Virus record (IMG/VR): IMGVR_UViG_3300037851_000426
Span: 1 to 40,746 of that record
Direction: 5' to 3' (one strand)
DNA from: a virus
Taxonomy: Duplodnaviria > Caudoviricetes
DNA: 40,746 nucleotides
The translations under genes and the position numbers were made by a program. The notes beneath the pieces are model-generated. The model saw nothing but the letters and a program-made list of their open reading frames with translations, made no database searches and was not told where the DNA came from. Below, one piece after another: positions 25,317 through 34,443 of the stretch; positions within the stretch are counted from its first letter, which is position 1; each line of letters starts with the position of its first letter.

Positions 25317-25897
25317 CAGGCGACCCCCAGCGCGCGGTAGGGGGCGAGCGCATCCCAGACGTCCGCGGGGATGCTCCCGCTCTGCAGTTGCTCGCCGGGG
25401 CCGATGTACCCCTGGTCGCCCCGCGCCGCGTAGTACCAGGCCGCCAGCTTCAGCACGGCTTCACGCAGTGATGATCCGGTCAGCGGCACCTCCCCGGCGA
25501 CGTAGCGCACGACGAGCGCCTCGTACGTGCGGAGCCCAGACGGCCAGGACGCCCCGGACGCGAGCGCGAGACTGTCGCGCGTGGGGTAGTAGCCCGACGC
25601 GCTCATGGTCCCGCTCGTGCCATCGGCGTACATCGCCGTGACGGAGGTGATCGAGATGATCGGCGCCCGCCCCAGACGCAGGCGATCGCCGGTCACCTCG
25701 CGGGCGTCGAGCGCCTGCTCCCAGGTCTCCGCGGCCAGGCCGAGCCCCGTCAGCCACTCGACCTGGCGCCGCGCCCGCGCGAGCTGCCGCGCGAGCAGTG
25801 CATCCTGCCCCAGGTCCGTGACCCCCAGGTGGTCCTTCAGCTCGTCGAGCCCGAGGGGCTCGGCGACCGCCGGCGTGATGAGGACGGGGTCGGTCAC
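25316..25897 (-). CDS. Head-tail connector (gp6/gp15-like)
   Basis: EPLGLDELKDHL...D.LL...AR..VE...VRYVAG...WY..R. Confidence 0.85.
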   Translation of the reverse strand: MTDPVLITPAVAEPLGLDELKDHLGVTDLGQDALLARQLARARRQVEWLTGLGLAAETWEQALDAREVTGDRLRLGRAPIISITSVTAMYADGTSGTMSASGYYPTRDSLALASGASWPSGLRTYEALVVRYVAGEVPLTGSSLREAVLKLAAWYYAARGDQGYIGPGEQLQSGSIPADVWDALAPYRALGVA

Positions 25898-25901
25898 AGC
25901 G

Positions 25902-26120
25902 TCAGCCTCGCGCCTTCGCCCGCGGCTTCATGGCGCGCTCGGGCGCGCCTGGCGCCATCGCGGTCTCCTCGCGCGTGGGCACGGGATCCTCCGGCCACGG
26001 TTCGGCATAGCCGGCCGCGATCAAGCGGCCGGCCTCGGCCTCGTCGCAGGTGTAGGGATCGCCGGTCGTCCAGGTGCCGAACGGCCCGGCCATCCCGGTG
26101 AGCATCCGCACGGTCGGCAT
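25902..26120 (-). CDS. Small head-associated hypothetical protein
   Basis: VRML...GD...EAGRLIAAGYAE, typical after capsid genes. Confidence 0.7.
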   Translation of the reverse strand: MPTVRMLTGMAGPFGTWTTGDPYTCDEAEAGRLIAAGYAEPWPEDPVPTREETAMAPGAPERAMKPRAKARG

Positions 26121-26125
26121 CGGCC

Positions 26126-26566
26126 TTACGCCGTGCCTTCCGCCGGCGAGACGTGCAGCTCCGCCTTCTGGGTGCCCGAGAGCGAGTTGTTCGCGAGCTG
26201 CGGCTCGTTCGCGCCGTAGAGGATCGCGTAGATCCCGTCGCAGGTCGTGGACGTCCCACGCAGGGCGACCGCCCGAACGAACTGCTCGCGCGGCTTGTGG
26301 ACCTCGACGATGATCAGCTCGTCAGAGGCCCCGCCACCCACGAGGCTCCCCACGAGATCCGCGGCGCCGCCCATGCCGACGACGGTGTCCTGCTGGACCT
26401 TGAGGGTGTTGTTCGCGGCCGCGGTGCCGAAGCGGGTGAAAAACACCACGCCCTGATACCCGGCCGTGTCCACCGCGGCCCCAGTCACATCGCTGGTGCC
26501 GGCGGCCGCGGCGGCGCCGACCGCCAGGATCTTCGCGTTGTTGAGGAGGTTGCGTCCGAGTCCCAT
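26126..26566 (-). CDS. Putative capsid decoration/cement protein
   Basis: Follows the MCP; GAAVDTAGYQGVVF jelly-roll-like pattern. Confidence 0.7.
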   Translation of the reverse strand: MGLGRNLLNNAKILAVGAAAAAGTSDVTGAAVDTAGYQGVVFFTRFGTAAANNTLKVQQDTVVGMGGAADLVGSLVGGGASDELIIVEVHKPREQFVRAVALRGTSTTCDGIYAILYGANEPQLANNSLSGTQKAELHVSPAEGTA

Positions 26567-26579
26567 GATGCTCCCTCCC

Positions 26580-27752
26580 TTACGCCTGGATCAGGTGCTT
26601 GCACGCGGCGGTCAGCGTAAGCTTGCCATCCACGCGCTGGAAGAGCCGGAACACGACCCGGTTGTTGGCCCCCTGGCTGTACGGATCGCGCTGGATCGAG
26701 AACGACGGCCGGCGCGCGATCGCGTAGTAGCTGGGATCCCCGAACAGGATTGTCTTCACGCCCGTGGCGATCGTCGGCATGTTCGAGGAGAGGTACACCG
26801 GGCGACCGAGCAGGATGCCCGGCGCGTCGGCGCTGAGGCTGGCGGTCCAGATGAAGCGGTTGTCGCTCGCGACCCCGGTCTTGATCTTCATCAGGTAGAC
26901 CGCCGTGGCGGGGTTCATGAGGAAGATCGAGCCGGGGACATACGGCGTGCCCAGCGCGCCGTACAGGTCCAGGACCTCGTCGAACGTGATGGCCGTCGCG
27001 CCGGCCGTCGTCTTGCCGAGGCCCGATCCCGCCAGGATGCCGGTCGGCTGGTTCGACCCGCTGCCGTTGACGAACGCGGCCTCTTCTTTCTCGGCGATCC
27101 GTCGCGCGAACTCCGTCACGATGTAGCTCTCGAGCTGCGCCGCGTCCTGCAGTAGTTCGTCCGTGGCCGCCAGCGCGGTCTTCACCTTGTAGGGCGTCAG
27201 CGTGATGGCCGCGAAGCTCTCGTCGGCCTCGGACTCGGAACTACCCTCCGTCACCCACGCCGCGGCGCCGTGCGAGGCGACCGGGAGGGTGAGCGTGCCC
27301 GCCATCGTGGTGACCGTGCGGGCCCGCGGCGCGATGATCTGCGCCTCCTGCGCGGCCTGGATGATCTGGCTCGACACCTCGTCGGGGACGAGGAACCCGC
27401 CCGCGGAGTCGGTGCCCACCGTCAACGCGCGGGCCTCTCCGCGCTGGAGGAAGGCCCGGAACCCGTCCCGCCGCTCGGCGGCCTGGCCGGCGGGATCGCT
27501 CTCCGCCTGACGCTGGGAGTCCGGCACGTCGTACCGGCCCGCGCGCGCCACCCGCTCTTCGGTGTCGAGGAACTGGGCGCGCTCGATCTGTCGCGTCAGC
27601 TCGACGACCTCCGCCTGCATCGTGGCCCACTGCGCCTCTTCCTCGGATGTGAGGACGCCCGGGGCCTCCGTCCGCGCGTCGGCCCGCTCCTGCAACGCGC
27701 GCAGGTCGGCCACGACCTTGTTCCGCCGCTCGATCAACTGGTGCAGTCTCAT
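26580..27752 (-). CDS. HK97-family major capsid protein
   Basis: Delta-domain coiled coil; GGFLVP; AAWVTEG; NGSGSNQPTGI; FGD; RVDG. Confidence 0.95.
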   Translation of the reverse strand: MRLHQLIERRNKVVADLRALQERADARTEAPGVLTSEEEAQWATMQAEVVELTRQIERAQFLDTEERVARAGRYDVPDSQRQAESDPAGQAAERRDGFRAFLQRGEARALTVGTDSAGGFLVPDEVSSQIIQAAQEAQIIAPRARTVTTMAGTLTLPVASHGAAAWVTEGSSESEADESFAAITLTPYKVKTALAATDELLQDAAQLESYIVTEFARRIAEKEEAAFVNGSGSNQPTGILAGSGLGKTTAGATAITFDEVLDLYGALGTPYVPGSIFLMNPATAVYLMKIKTGVASDNRFIWTASLSADAPGILLGRPVYLSSNMPTIATGVKTILFGDPSYYAIARRPSFSIQRDPYSQGANNRVVFRLFQRVDGKLTLTAACKHLIQA

Positions 27753-28357
27753 GCTCGGTACTCCAGCGATGCAGACAAGCGCCGTGACAACGGCGACACT
27801 CCACGCGTGGCCTGGGCCGGAATCGTGGAGGCACGCAGCGTGGCCGCGGCATCGCGCGCGGCCACACTGGTGTCTGGGTAGGCCGGGAACGTCACCGGCG
27901 AGACATCGAACAACTCGACCGCGCGGATGATCCGGAGCGGGAGCTTGCCGGCCTCGACAGGCTTGGGCCAGTCCTCCGCCGTCACCAGGAAGCCGAACGA
28001 GCTCTGTGACACATCCCCTCGCCGCACCTTGCGGAGCACGCGCTGCGCGTCGGGGTCTTCGAGGTCGAGGTCGATCTCGTAGGCCAGGCCGGTCGCATCC
28101 GCGACCAGGCGCAGGGTGCCCCGCGAGGTGCGGCCGAGAATGAGGTCAGGATTGTGATTGAACAGCGCCCGGACGTCGTCTCGGGTGACGGCCACGTCGA
28201 AGGCGCCAGGGGCAATTCGCTCGCGGAACCAGTCCCCGATCACGGTCTCCACGTTGTAGAGCGCGGCATAGCCCCCGATCCGCGAGAGCGTGCCGTCGTG
28301 TTCGCGCACGTCGACGAGGTGGAGACATCCGCGCCGTTCTGGCGTCGTCGGTCGCAT
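27749..28357 (-). CDS. HK97 prohead protease (S78)
   Basis: GYAALYN...ERIAPGAF...LFNHN...SFGF...LFDVSPVTFPAY. Confidence 0.95.
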   Translation of the reverse strand: MRPTTPERRGCLHLVDVREHDGTLSRIGGYAALYNVETVIGDWFRERIAPGAFDVAVTRDDVRALFNHNPDLILGRTSRGTLRLVADATGLAYEIDLDLEDPDAQRVLRKVRRGDVSQSSFGFLVTAEDWPKPVEAGKLPLRIIRAVELFDVSPVTFPAYPDTSVAARDAAATLRASTIPAQATRGVSPLSRRLSASLEYRA

Positions 28358-29607
28358 CACATCACCTGCTGGGCACCGACAGCGGCCGGCGCACTCGGAG
28401 ACGCTGTCCCGTGCGCACTCGTCACGGGCACCTTGTTCCCGTTGACCAGGTGCACATCCCCGATCTCGGCGGCGACGGTATTCATCCGCAAGCGCCGCCG
28501 GGCTTCGTTGATGGTGATGATCCCGGCGTCCACTTGCTTCGAGAGCGCCTCGGACACCATGAGGAGATCCCCCTCGATCAGGTCGGTGATGTCGAACACC
28601 ACGTCGTAGCGTGGGTACTGCCGGGTGGTGAGCACATCGCGGCGGAGCGCCTGCGCCCACGCGGTGAACTGCGGCCCGAGCGCCCCGTTGACGTACTCGA
28701 TCTCCTGCTGTGTGATGTTGCTGAAGGTGGCGCGCTCGAGGTCCCCGATCTTGTGGGGCGGCACCCGGAACGCGCCGGCGATCAACGTGCGCAGGTACTT
28801 CCGTGTCTCGATGAATTGGGCTTCATCGTTTGGGCTCGTGAACGGCGTGTACTTGAGCTCGCCGCGGGTGGTCATGTGCCGGTGCGCGTTCTCTGTGCCC
28901 GTGAACAGGAGCCGGAGCTGGGCCTTGAGCTCGTCATACGCGTTCTGTGGCGTGCCCGCCGGCGCGGAGAAGACCCCACTGAGCCGCGCGCCATTGGCGA
29001 AGAACTTCGCCCCGTACCGCTCGACCGCGGAGAGCAGGCCGAGCGTCTCCCGGACGCGGCGAATCGGCGATCGCATCCGCAGATGCAGCAGTGGTGGGGT
29101 GTCGGGGTTGAAGCGGTAGAGGAAGGTGGTCCCATCGTCGCGCCGGTAGGTCCACCGCTTCACACCATCCTGATCGCGACCCACGCTCACGCGGTCGGGA
29201 TCGAGGCGCCACAAGCCCAGAATGCGGCGGCTCCCTGGGGCCCGCCGGATCTCGGCATAGGCGGCCTCGTGCGTCAAGAGATCCCAGACGAGGTCGTAGC
29301 GGAACTCGTACGCCGTGGTTTCAGGATTCGGGAGATCGTGGAGCACCTCCCACAGCTCATGGTCGATCGCGTCGTAGGCGTTCCCCGCCGAGACGGCCTG
29401 GAGCTTGAGGGGGGTCCGGGCGACGTCCTGCGCGATCACCTGCGCGCAGGCGAACACATCAGGCAAGCCGATCGCGACCGTCCAGGGGACGACCTGCCCA
29501 GACGCCGTCGCCTCACTCCCGAGGAGCGCGTCAAGGAGCCAGCGTTCTGGGTCCTTGAGGGTGCTGTCCCGTCGCTCGCGCCGCCACCACCAGTTGAAGA
29601 CTCCCAT
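28357..29607 (-). CDS. HK97-family portal protein
   Basis: VFACAQVIAQDVA..PL; PNPETT; FFANGA; AQFIE; FRVPP..IG...FSN. Confidence 0.95.
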   Translation of the reverse strand: MGVFNWWWRRERRDSTLKDPERWLLDALLGSEATASGQVVPWTVAIGLPDVFACAQVIAQDVARTPLKLQAVSAGNAYDAIDHELWEVLHDLPNPETTAYEFRYDLVWDLLTHEAAYAEIRRAPGSRRILGLWRLDPDRVSVGRDQDGVKRWTYRRDDGTTFLYRFNPDTPPLLHLRMRSPIRRVRETLGLLSAVERYGAKFFANGARLSGVFSAPAGTPQNAYDELKAQLRLLFTGTENAHRHMTTRGELKYTPFTSPNDEAQFIETRKYLRTLIAGAFRVPPHKIGDLERATFSNITQQEIEYVNGALGPQFTAWAQALRRDVLTTRQYPRYDVVFDITDLIEGDLLMVSEALSKQVDAGIITINEARRRLRMNTVAAEIGDVHLVNGNKVPVTSAHGTASPSAPAAVGAQQVM

Positions 29608-29656
29608 CGCGCCAGGCGTGAGCCTGACGCCACACGGCAGGGCGCGTCTAGGTACG

Positions 29657-29696
29657 ATTGGCCACAGTTGTCATCGTTTGGCCACGTTTGGCCACG
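29657..29696. promoter_or_regulatory. Four direct repeats with 10-bp period upstream of portal
   Basis: ATTGGCCACA / GTTGTCATCG / TTTGGCCACG / TTTGGCCACG, next to a T9 tract. Confidence 0.65.
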
Positions 29697-29868
29697 TTTT
29701 TTTTTCCAGTTCCTGCCGCTGCACGCGCACGTGCTGGGTAATGGGGAGACGATGCTTGGTGAGCCGCCCCTCGTCGAGCCAGCGCCGCACGGTCCGGGGA
29801 GAGACCTCCGCGATGCGCGCGGCCTCGCGTACGGTCACATACTCGCCCATGTCGTCCTCCGCCGTCAT
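29671..29868 (-). CDS. HTH_17 / Xis-BldC-like DNA-binding protein
   Basis: YVTVREAARIAEVSPRTVRRWLDEGRL; ATGA overlap with terL. Confidence 0.8.
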   Translation of the reverse strand: MTAEDDMGEYVTVREAARIAEVSPRTVRRWLDEGRLTKHRLPITQHVRVQRQELEKKTWPNVAKR

Positions 29869-31577
29869 ACCACGTCGCTCGTGAACGGTTCGTCCAGCGG
29901 GAGCGCGACCATCAGGCGCGACAGCGCGGTCACGGTCGCCGACACTCCGTCGATCCGCTTCTTCCGCGTGTGTTTCACCGGCCGGATGTTGCCCGCGGGG
30001 TCTTCCTTCACCGCGGCGTTCTTCACGCACCAGCGCATCACCGGGTGCCCGTCATGGCGCACGCGCCGCGTGCGCACCAGGGCCTCGAACAGCTTCGCTG
30101 GCTCACTGAGGTGTCGGAAGGTCTGCGGCACCTCGACCGCCGTGAACTGCTGCGCCTCGAGCTGCTGCGAGAACTGCAGCGCCGACCACGGGTCGTACCC
30201 GATCTCCGCGTAGCCATACCGCCGCGCGAGCTCCTGGGTCACCGCGTCGAACACGGTGTCGTAATCGACCGCGGCCCCGTCGGTGACGCGCAGGAGGCCT
30301 TGGTCGCGCCAGAGCTCGAAGGGCGCCTCGTCCTCCCTCGCCCGCTGGCGTAAGGTGTCCTCGGGCATCCAGAAGAACGGGTGGAGGTCGATGGCGAAGT
30401 CCAGGCCCCGTCGCGGGGCGGGGCTCGCGGTCTCCGAGCTGATCGCCTCCGGCTCGGCGACGGCGCCACTCGCGTCATCCCGACGCACGAGCACCACGAA
30501 GGCGGTCAGGTCGGTCTTCGCGCTGAGGTCGAGCCCACCCACCACCGTGAGCCGCGGGCCGGGCCGCACGGGCGCGAGCTCGGCGACCTGACAGGCATCC
30601 CATGATTCCACCGGGATCCAGACCTCGCGCTGCTCCGTCCAGAGGTTCAGGTGGAGCTGCTTGTAGCCGTTCTGGCGGCGCGGCTCGTTGACCGCCTGCG
30701 TCACTTGACCGGCGTAGTACTCCTCGGGCACCGTCACGCCCAGGGACGGATTGGCCTTCCGGGCGGTCTCGATCAACCGCCAGTCATCACCGGGCTGCGC
30801 CTCGAACACGATCGGGAGACACCGGTCGTCCGTACTCGTCCCGTCGATGAGGTTGCGCGCGTACAGGTACTCCTCGTAGGCGATCGAGTCCAGGTCATCG
30901 CCGGCCGTGAACAGGTACCCGATGATCGGTTGGAGCCGGGCGGCGACACCGCGCTCGAGCGCCTCGACCAGGGCGCGGTCGGGTTGCGCCTGGAGCTCGT
31001 CGATGAACACGCCGTGGAGGTTGGGGCCGTGTTTGGTCCGCGCCTCGGCGGAGATCACCCGCATCGTCGCGCGCAGCTCGCGGAAGACGATCTCCGACCG
31101 GAGGATGTCGGCGCGAGACGACAGATCGACCGCGTCCTCGACCATCGCCCGCGCCTCATTGAAAAGCACGTGCGCCTGCTGACGATCGGCGGCCGCGATG
31201 AGGATCTCCGCCCCGGGTTCCCCATCGCAGAACAGCAGGTAGGTGGCAAGGCCCGACACGAGCTGGGTCTTGCCATTCTTCTTGGCGACGAACAGGATGA
31301 ACTTCCGGAACCGTCGGAGGTCGTCTTGGGTGCGTCTCCACCCGAAGAGCGGGCGGACCAAGAGGTCTCGTTGCCAGGGCAGGAGGTCGAACGGCTGGCC
31401 GGCAAACTGCGTGCCCTTGTGGTGGGTCAGGAATAGCGGGTAGAACTCGACCGCGCGCGCGGCGGCAGCCTCGTCGAAGTAGTACCGGCCGTCGCCGTCG
31501 TCGATCGGTACCGTCACCCCGGGCCAGCGCGCGAGGGCGGCCGCGTTCCAGGGCGTCGTCGTGCCCCTACGCGCCAC
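29865..31577 (-). CDS. terL: Terminase large subunit
   Basis: Walker A VAKKNGKT, Walker B VFIDE, GGLDLS..DLTA, IGYDPW, RIDG. Confidence 0.95.
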   Translation of the reverse strand: MARRGTTTPWNAAALARWPGVTVPIDDGDGRYYFDEAAAARAVEFYPLFLTHHKGTQFAGQPFDLLPWQRDLLVRPLFGWRRTQDDLRRFRKFILFVAKKNGKTQLVSGLATYLLFCDGEPGAEILIAAADRQQAHVLFNEARAMVEDAVDLSSRADILRSEIVFRELRATMRVISAEARTKHGPNLHGVFIDELQAQPDRALVEALERGVAARLQPIIGYLFTAGDDLDSIAYEEYLYARNLIDGTSTDDRCLPIVFEAQPGDDWRLIETARKANPSLGVTVPEEYYAGQVTQAVNEPRRQNGYKQLHLNLWTEQREVWIPVESWDACQVAELAPVRPGPRLTVVGGLDLSAKTDLTAFVVLVRRDDASGAVAEPEAISSETASPAPRRGLDFAIDLHPFFWMPEDTLRQRAREDEAPFELWRDQGLLRVTDGAAVDYDTVFDAVTQELARRYGYAEIGYDPWSALQFSQQLEAQQFTAVEVPQTFRHLSEPAKLFEALVRTRRVRHDGHPVMRWCVKNAAVKEDPAGNIRPVKHTRKKRIDGVSATVTALSRLMVALPLDEPFTSDVV

Positions 31578-32049
31578 GGGTGGCCCCCTTGACCAGCGTC
31601 GGCCGCCGGAAGAACGTCTCCCGCCGCGCCTGGTCGCCGCCGTCCTGACTCGCCGGCGTGGCCGGCTGGACCCGGCTCCGGCTGGCGGGGGTGATGCCGA
31701 GGTCTTGGGCGAGCTGGCGCGCCTGGCCCTTCGCCCGCTCGTACTGCGTCACGAGGGGGTTGGTCTTCACGCCCGTGTCGGTGGAGAGCGTGCGCTGAAA
31801 GTCCCGCCCCCGCATCGCCTTCGACAGCTCGGCGATGTCAGCCAGCGTCGCCGCATAGATCGCGAGGGCGTCACGGTCCACGTGCGTGATGACGCGGCCG
31901 GCTTCGAGCTGGCGTCCGTAGTGGCGATAGTAGCTCCGGCCCGCGGGGGACAACCACGCCGGCGGGCGCGGGAGGCCAGCCTCAAACGTGGGTACGTCGC
32001 GATGCTTCGGCTTCCGACCGGCCCCGATCCGCGCGCCCCCCTTAGGCAT
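31567..32049 (-). CDS. terS: Terminase small subunit (P27 family)
   Basis: GGARIGAGRKP; PPAWLS; NPLV; LGITPASRSRV. Confidence 0.9.
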   Translation of the reverse strand: MPKGGARIGAGRKPKHRDVPTFEAGLPRPPAWLSPAGRSYYRHYGRQLEAGRVITHVDRDALAIYAATLADIAELSKAMRGRDFQRTLSTDTGVKTNPLVTQYERAKGQARQLAQDLGITPASRSRVQPATPASQDGGDQARRETFFRRPTLVKGATRGA

Positions 32050-32124
32050 CAGGCGGGGCCCCCAGGCGCGCACTGGTTGTTTTCAGACGCGCGGACCTGG
32101 CAGCGGTCTCCTGAGTACACACGC

Positions 32125-32155
32125 GTGAAGATTCGAACCCCCTTCCCCTCCCGAT
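32125..32155 (-). other. Candidate cos region
   Basis: G-rich GGGAGGGGAAGGGGGTTCGAATC between HNH and terS, the usual place for cos in HNH-terS phages. Confidence 0.45.
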
Positions 32156-32487
32156 CACCGGCCGAACCCTCCGTCCTCGCGCGCGGTCTTCCGCGCGTGG
32201 CACGACGAGCACAACGATTGCCAGTTCGTTCGATCCCAGAACACCCGCGCGTCTCCGCGATGCGGGACGATGTGATCGACCTCCGTCGCCGGCCGCACCC
32301 GGCCCGCGCGCTCACAGGCCGCGCACAGGGGAGACGCCCCCAGGTGCTGCCGCCGCGCGCGGCGCCACCGCGCGTCGTAGCCTCGTCTCGCGCTCGACAC
32401 GCGCTGGTGGTCGGGGCAGGGCCCCCCGCCGCGCACCAGCACGGGGCAGCCTGGCTGCGTGCACGGGCGACACGGCGCCGGCGGCAT
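32155..32487 (-). CDS. HNH endonuclease (terminase-associated, HK97 gp74-like)
   Basis: RGYDARW...PLCAAC...VDHIVPHRGD...NWQSLCSSCHARKT. Confidence 0.93.
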   Translation of the reverse strand: MPPAPCRPCTQPGCPVLVRGGGPCPDHQRVSSARRGYDARWRRARRQHLGASPLCAACERAGRVRPATEVDHIVPHRGDARVFWDRTNWQSLCSSCHARKTAREDGGFGR

Positions 32488-32726
32488 CAGCGCCGTCCCT
32501 CACACTGGGGAGTCTCACTGAGGTCGTCGAGGAAGGACGGACTACCGCTGTCACGTGTGAGGGTTTCGCGCGTGCTGAAGCGCTCACCACAGTCGTCGCA
32601 GACGCGCCGGCGCCAGATGCCGTCGATGGTGAGCCGGCCGCGTGTGGCGATCACGAGGCTCGCCTGTCCTCCACACGAGGGGCAGGTGACCTTCAACTCA
32701 GCTCCCACACGCCGCGCCGAAGCCAC
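32487..32726 (-). CDS. Stand-alone NrdR-N/Ogr-like zinc ribbon (start may be TTG 32696)
   Basis: CPSCGG.S.VI.TR...IWRRRVCDDCGERFSTRE. Confidence 0.75.
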   Translation of the reverse strand: MASARRVGAELKVTCPSCGGQASLVIATRGRLTIDGIWRRRVCDDCGERFSTRETLTRDSGSPSFLDDLSETPQCEGRR

Positions 32727-32745
32727 CGTGCCGATTCCCCATCCC

Positions 32746-33144
32746 TTACAGCTCCAGCGTGACGCGCGTCAGGCGCTCGCGCGGCGCCCCCTTCGGCTGC
32801 CGCACGACCAGGTCGAGGGCGGCCGCGGTATCGTCGGCGAGGAGAGACAGCCCCCGCAGCGCGTCCAGGAGCGGCTTCACCGCCCCCGCCGCGTTGTCGG
32901 GATCGAGCGCGTCCGCGCGCGGCGTGATCCGGTCGATGGTGCATCGCACCTGGCCGATCGGGGGCGTGGGCCACGCTGGCCCCGGCTGACGCCCTGACGC
33001 CACCAGGCGCGCGTAGTGGGCGTCCGAGAGGAGCCGCATCCAGCGGGCTTTCTCCCGGCGGTAAGCCCAGCCCGATCGCCCGAGGAACCGGTTGAGCGAG
33101 TGCGGCACGACGTCAGGCACCACGAGCACCAGGCGGGGCATCAC
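32746..33144 (-). CDS. rusA: RusA-like Holliday junction resolvase
   Basis: SLN...DPDN..GAVKPLLDAL...LLADD. Confidence 0.8.
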   Translation of the reverse strand: MMPRLVLVVPDVVPHSLNRFLGRSGWAYRREKARWMRLLSDAHYARLVASGRQPGPAWPTPPIGQVRCTIDRITPRADALDPDNAAGAVKPLLDALRGLSLLADDTAAALDLVVRQPKGAPRERLTRVTLEL

Positions 33145-33371
33145 GCGGCCTCGTCAGGTGGCGCGTACGCCGTCCGCGCCAGCACCTGGGCCGCCCCGCG
33201 CATCAGCCGCACGTGCTGCCACCGATGGAAGCGCCGGTCCCCCAGGGCGTACACCTGCGCCGCCGCGGCGTCGAAGGCGGCGATGCCGTCCTCGAGCACG
33301 ACGTGTGCGCTGAGCGTGATCCACGGCTCCCCGATCCGCCGGCCCTGGAGCCGGTAGCTGGGCGCCGTCAT
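33141..33371 (-). CDS. Hypothetical protein
   Basis: Start and stop overlap neighbouring genes. Confidence 0.6.
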   Translation of the reverse strand: MTAPSYRLQGRRIGEPWITLSAHVVLEDGIAAFDAAAAQVYALGDRRFHRWQHVRLMRGAAQVLARTAYAPPDEAA

Positions 33372-34243
33372 GCGACCTCAGCGGCCGCGGCGCGGGCCGA
33401 TCGGAGTGTCCGAGCGATGTGCTCCTGCTGGTGGTGACAGGGCGGGTCATGGTCACACCACGGCGCCGGCGCGCACGACGCCGGCGCGCACGACGTCGGC
33501 GCGCCCCGCGCGTGGGCCTCGGGGGGCCGCTCGTCGTCCCACCGCTGCTGGGCGAGCCAGGTGGCCGCGTGCGGGGCGAACCCCTCGCGCCACGCTCGCC
33601 ACGTGCGTTGCTCGGCGATCGCGGCCAGGAGACGGTCCTGGAGCCAGGCCGACGGGGCGAGCCGGCGCCAGACGGCCAGGGCCTTCGCCCGCGCCTCGTG
33701 CCGCGGGTAGGCCTCCCAGAACGCCTCGAAGCCGGCGCCAGGTGGGTCTGGTGCTGGTTCGGTTGCGCGCACCGGCGGCCGCGCAGCGGCCGACGTGTGT
33801 GTGTGCTCTGTCTGGGCTGGGCTGGACTGGGCTGGGCTGGGCTGGGTACGCGCGTCGCGCGTAGACGCCGTTCGGCGCCGTTCGGCGCCGTTCGGCACCG
33901 TGAGGATTTCGGCCTGATGTGACACACTCGACCGCCTCGCCAGTCGTTGCGCCCGCTGCGTGACGTAGTGGGGGCAGTGGTCCCAGAAGTCGTGCACCGC
34001 GAGGAGTCCCTCCTGGCCGACGTCGAGGAATCGCGTCTCGACGAGAGCGCGCGCGAGGGCGCCGCGGTCGCCCGACCACGCCGCGATCTCTTCGATGTCT
34101 CGCTCGGTACCAATCACGGGATCGGTCGCCGCGTTCGCGCTGTCCCAGATCAGCTCGAGACTCCCCCGGGCGAGCGCCACCGATCCGAGCGCCCGAGCCA
34201 GCGCCCGGAACTTCCGATGTGCCGTCAGTGAGAGTCTGGCCAT
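33368..34243 (-). CDS. Replication initiator (lambda O-like)
   Basis: HRKFRALARAL...VHDFWDH; FEAFWEAYPRH...A..W...HAATWL..RWDDE; GAGGAG RBS. Confidence 0.8.
   Translation of the reverse strand: MARLSLTAHRKFRALARALGSVALARGSLELIWDSANAATDPVIGTERDIEEIAAWSGDRGALARALVETRFLDVGQEGLLAVHDFWDHCPHYVTQRAQRLARRSSVSHQAEILTVPNGAERRRTASTRDARTQPSPAQSSPAQTEHTHTSAAARPPVRATEPAPDPPGAGFEAFWEAYPRHEARAKALAVWRRLAPSAWLQDRLLAAIAEQRTWRAWREGFAPHAATWLAQQRWDDERPPEAHARGAPTSCAPASCAPAPWCDHDPPCHHQQEHIARTLRSARAAAAEVA
33795..33900. repeat. Repeat cluster, probable replication origin inside the initiator gene
   Basis: (GT)5G; CTGG(G/A) x7 (33812-33846); palindrome TACGCGCG-T-CGCGCGTA (33847-33863); CGCCGTTCGG x3 (33866-33895). 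Confidence 0.7.
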
Positions 34244-34443
34244 ATCTCCTCTGCCCCGTGCGCGCCTGGGCGCGTCATACGTCTCCGGGCACATTCCGGA
34301 CAGCTCGGCGTCCGGGAACTCACCCAGCGCCCGATCGCCCGATACCGCCAGCGACACCGCCCGCAGCGGAACCACCGCCCAGGCCCCGGCACGCACTCAT
34401 GGGCCAGCCGGAAGTGGCGATCGCGCCGGGGCCAAGTGCTCAC
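34225..34443 (-). CDS. Small zinc-finger protein
   Basis: CGRC...CPEC; GTGA overlap. Confidence 0.55.
   Translation of the reverse strand: MSTWPRRDRHFRLAHECVPGPGRWFRCGRCRWRYRAIGRWVSSRTPSCPECARRRMTRPGAHGAEEIWPDSH

Noticed and set aside
32128-32142. GGTTCGAATC on the minus strand as a tRNA T-loop or second att site
   Set aside because: No acceptor strand or CCA; better explained as the cos region between HNH and terS
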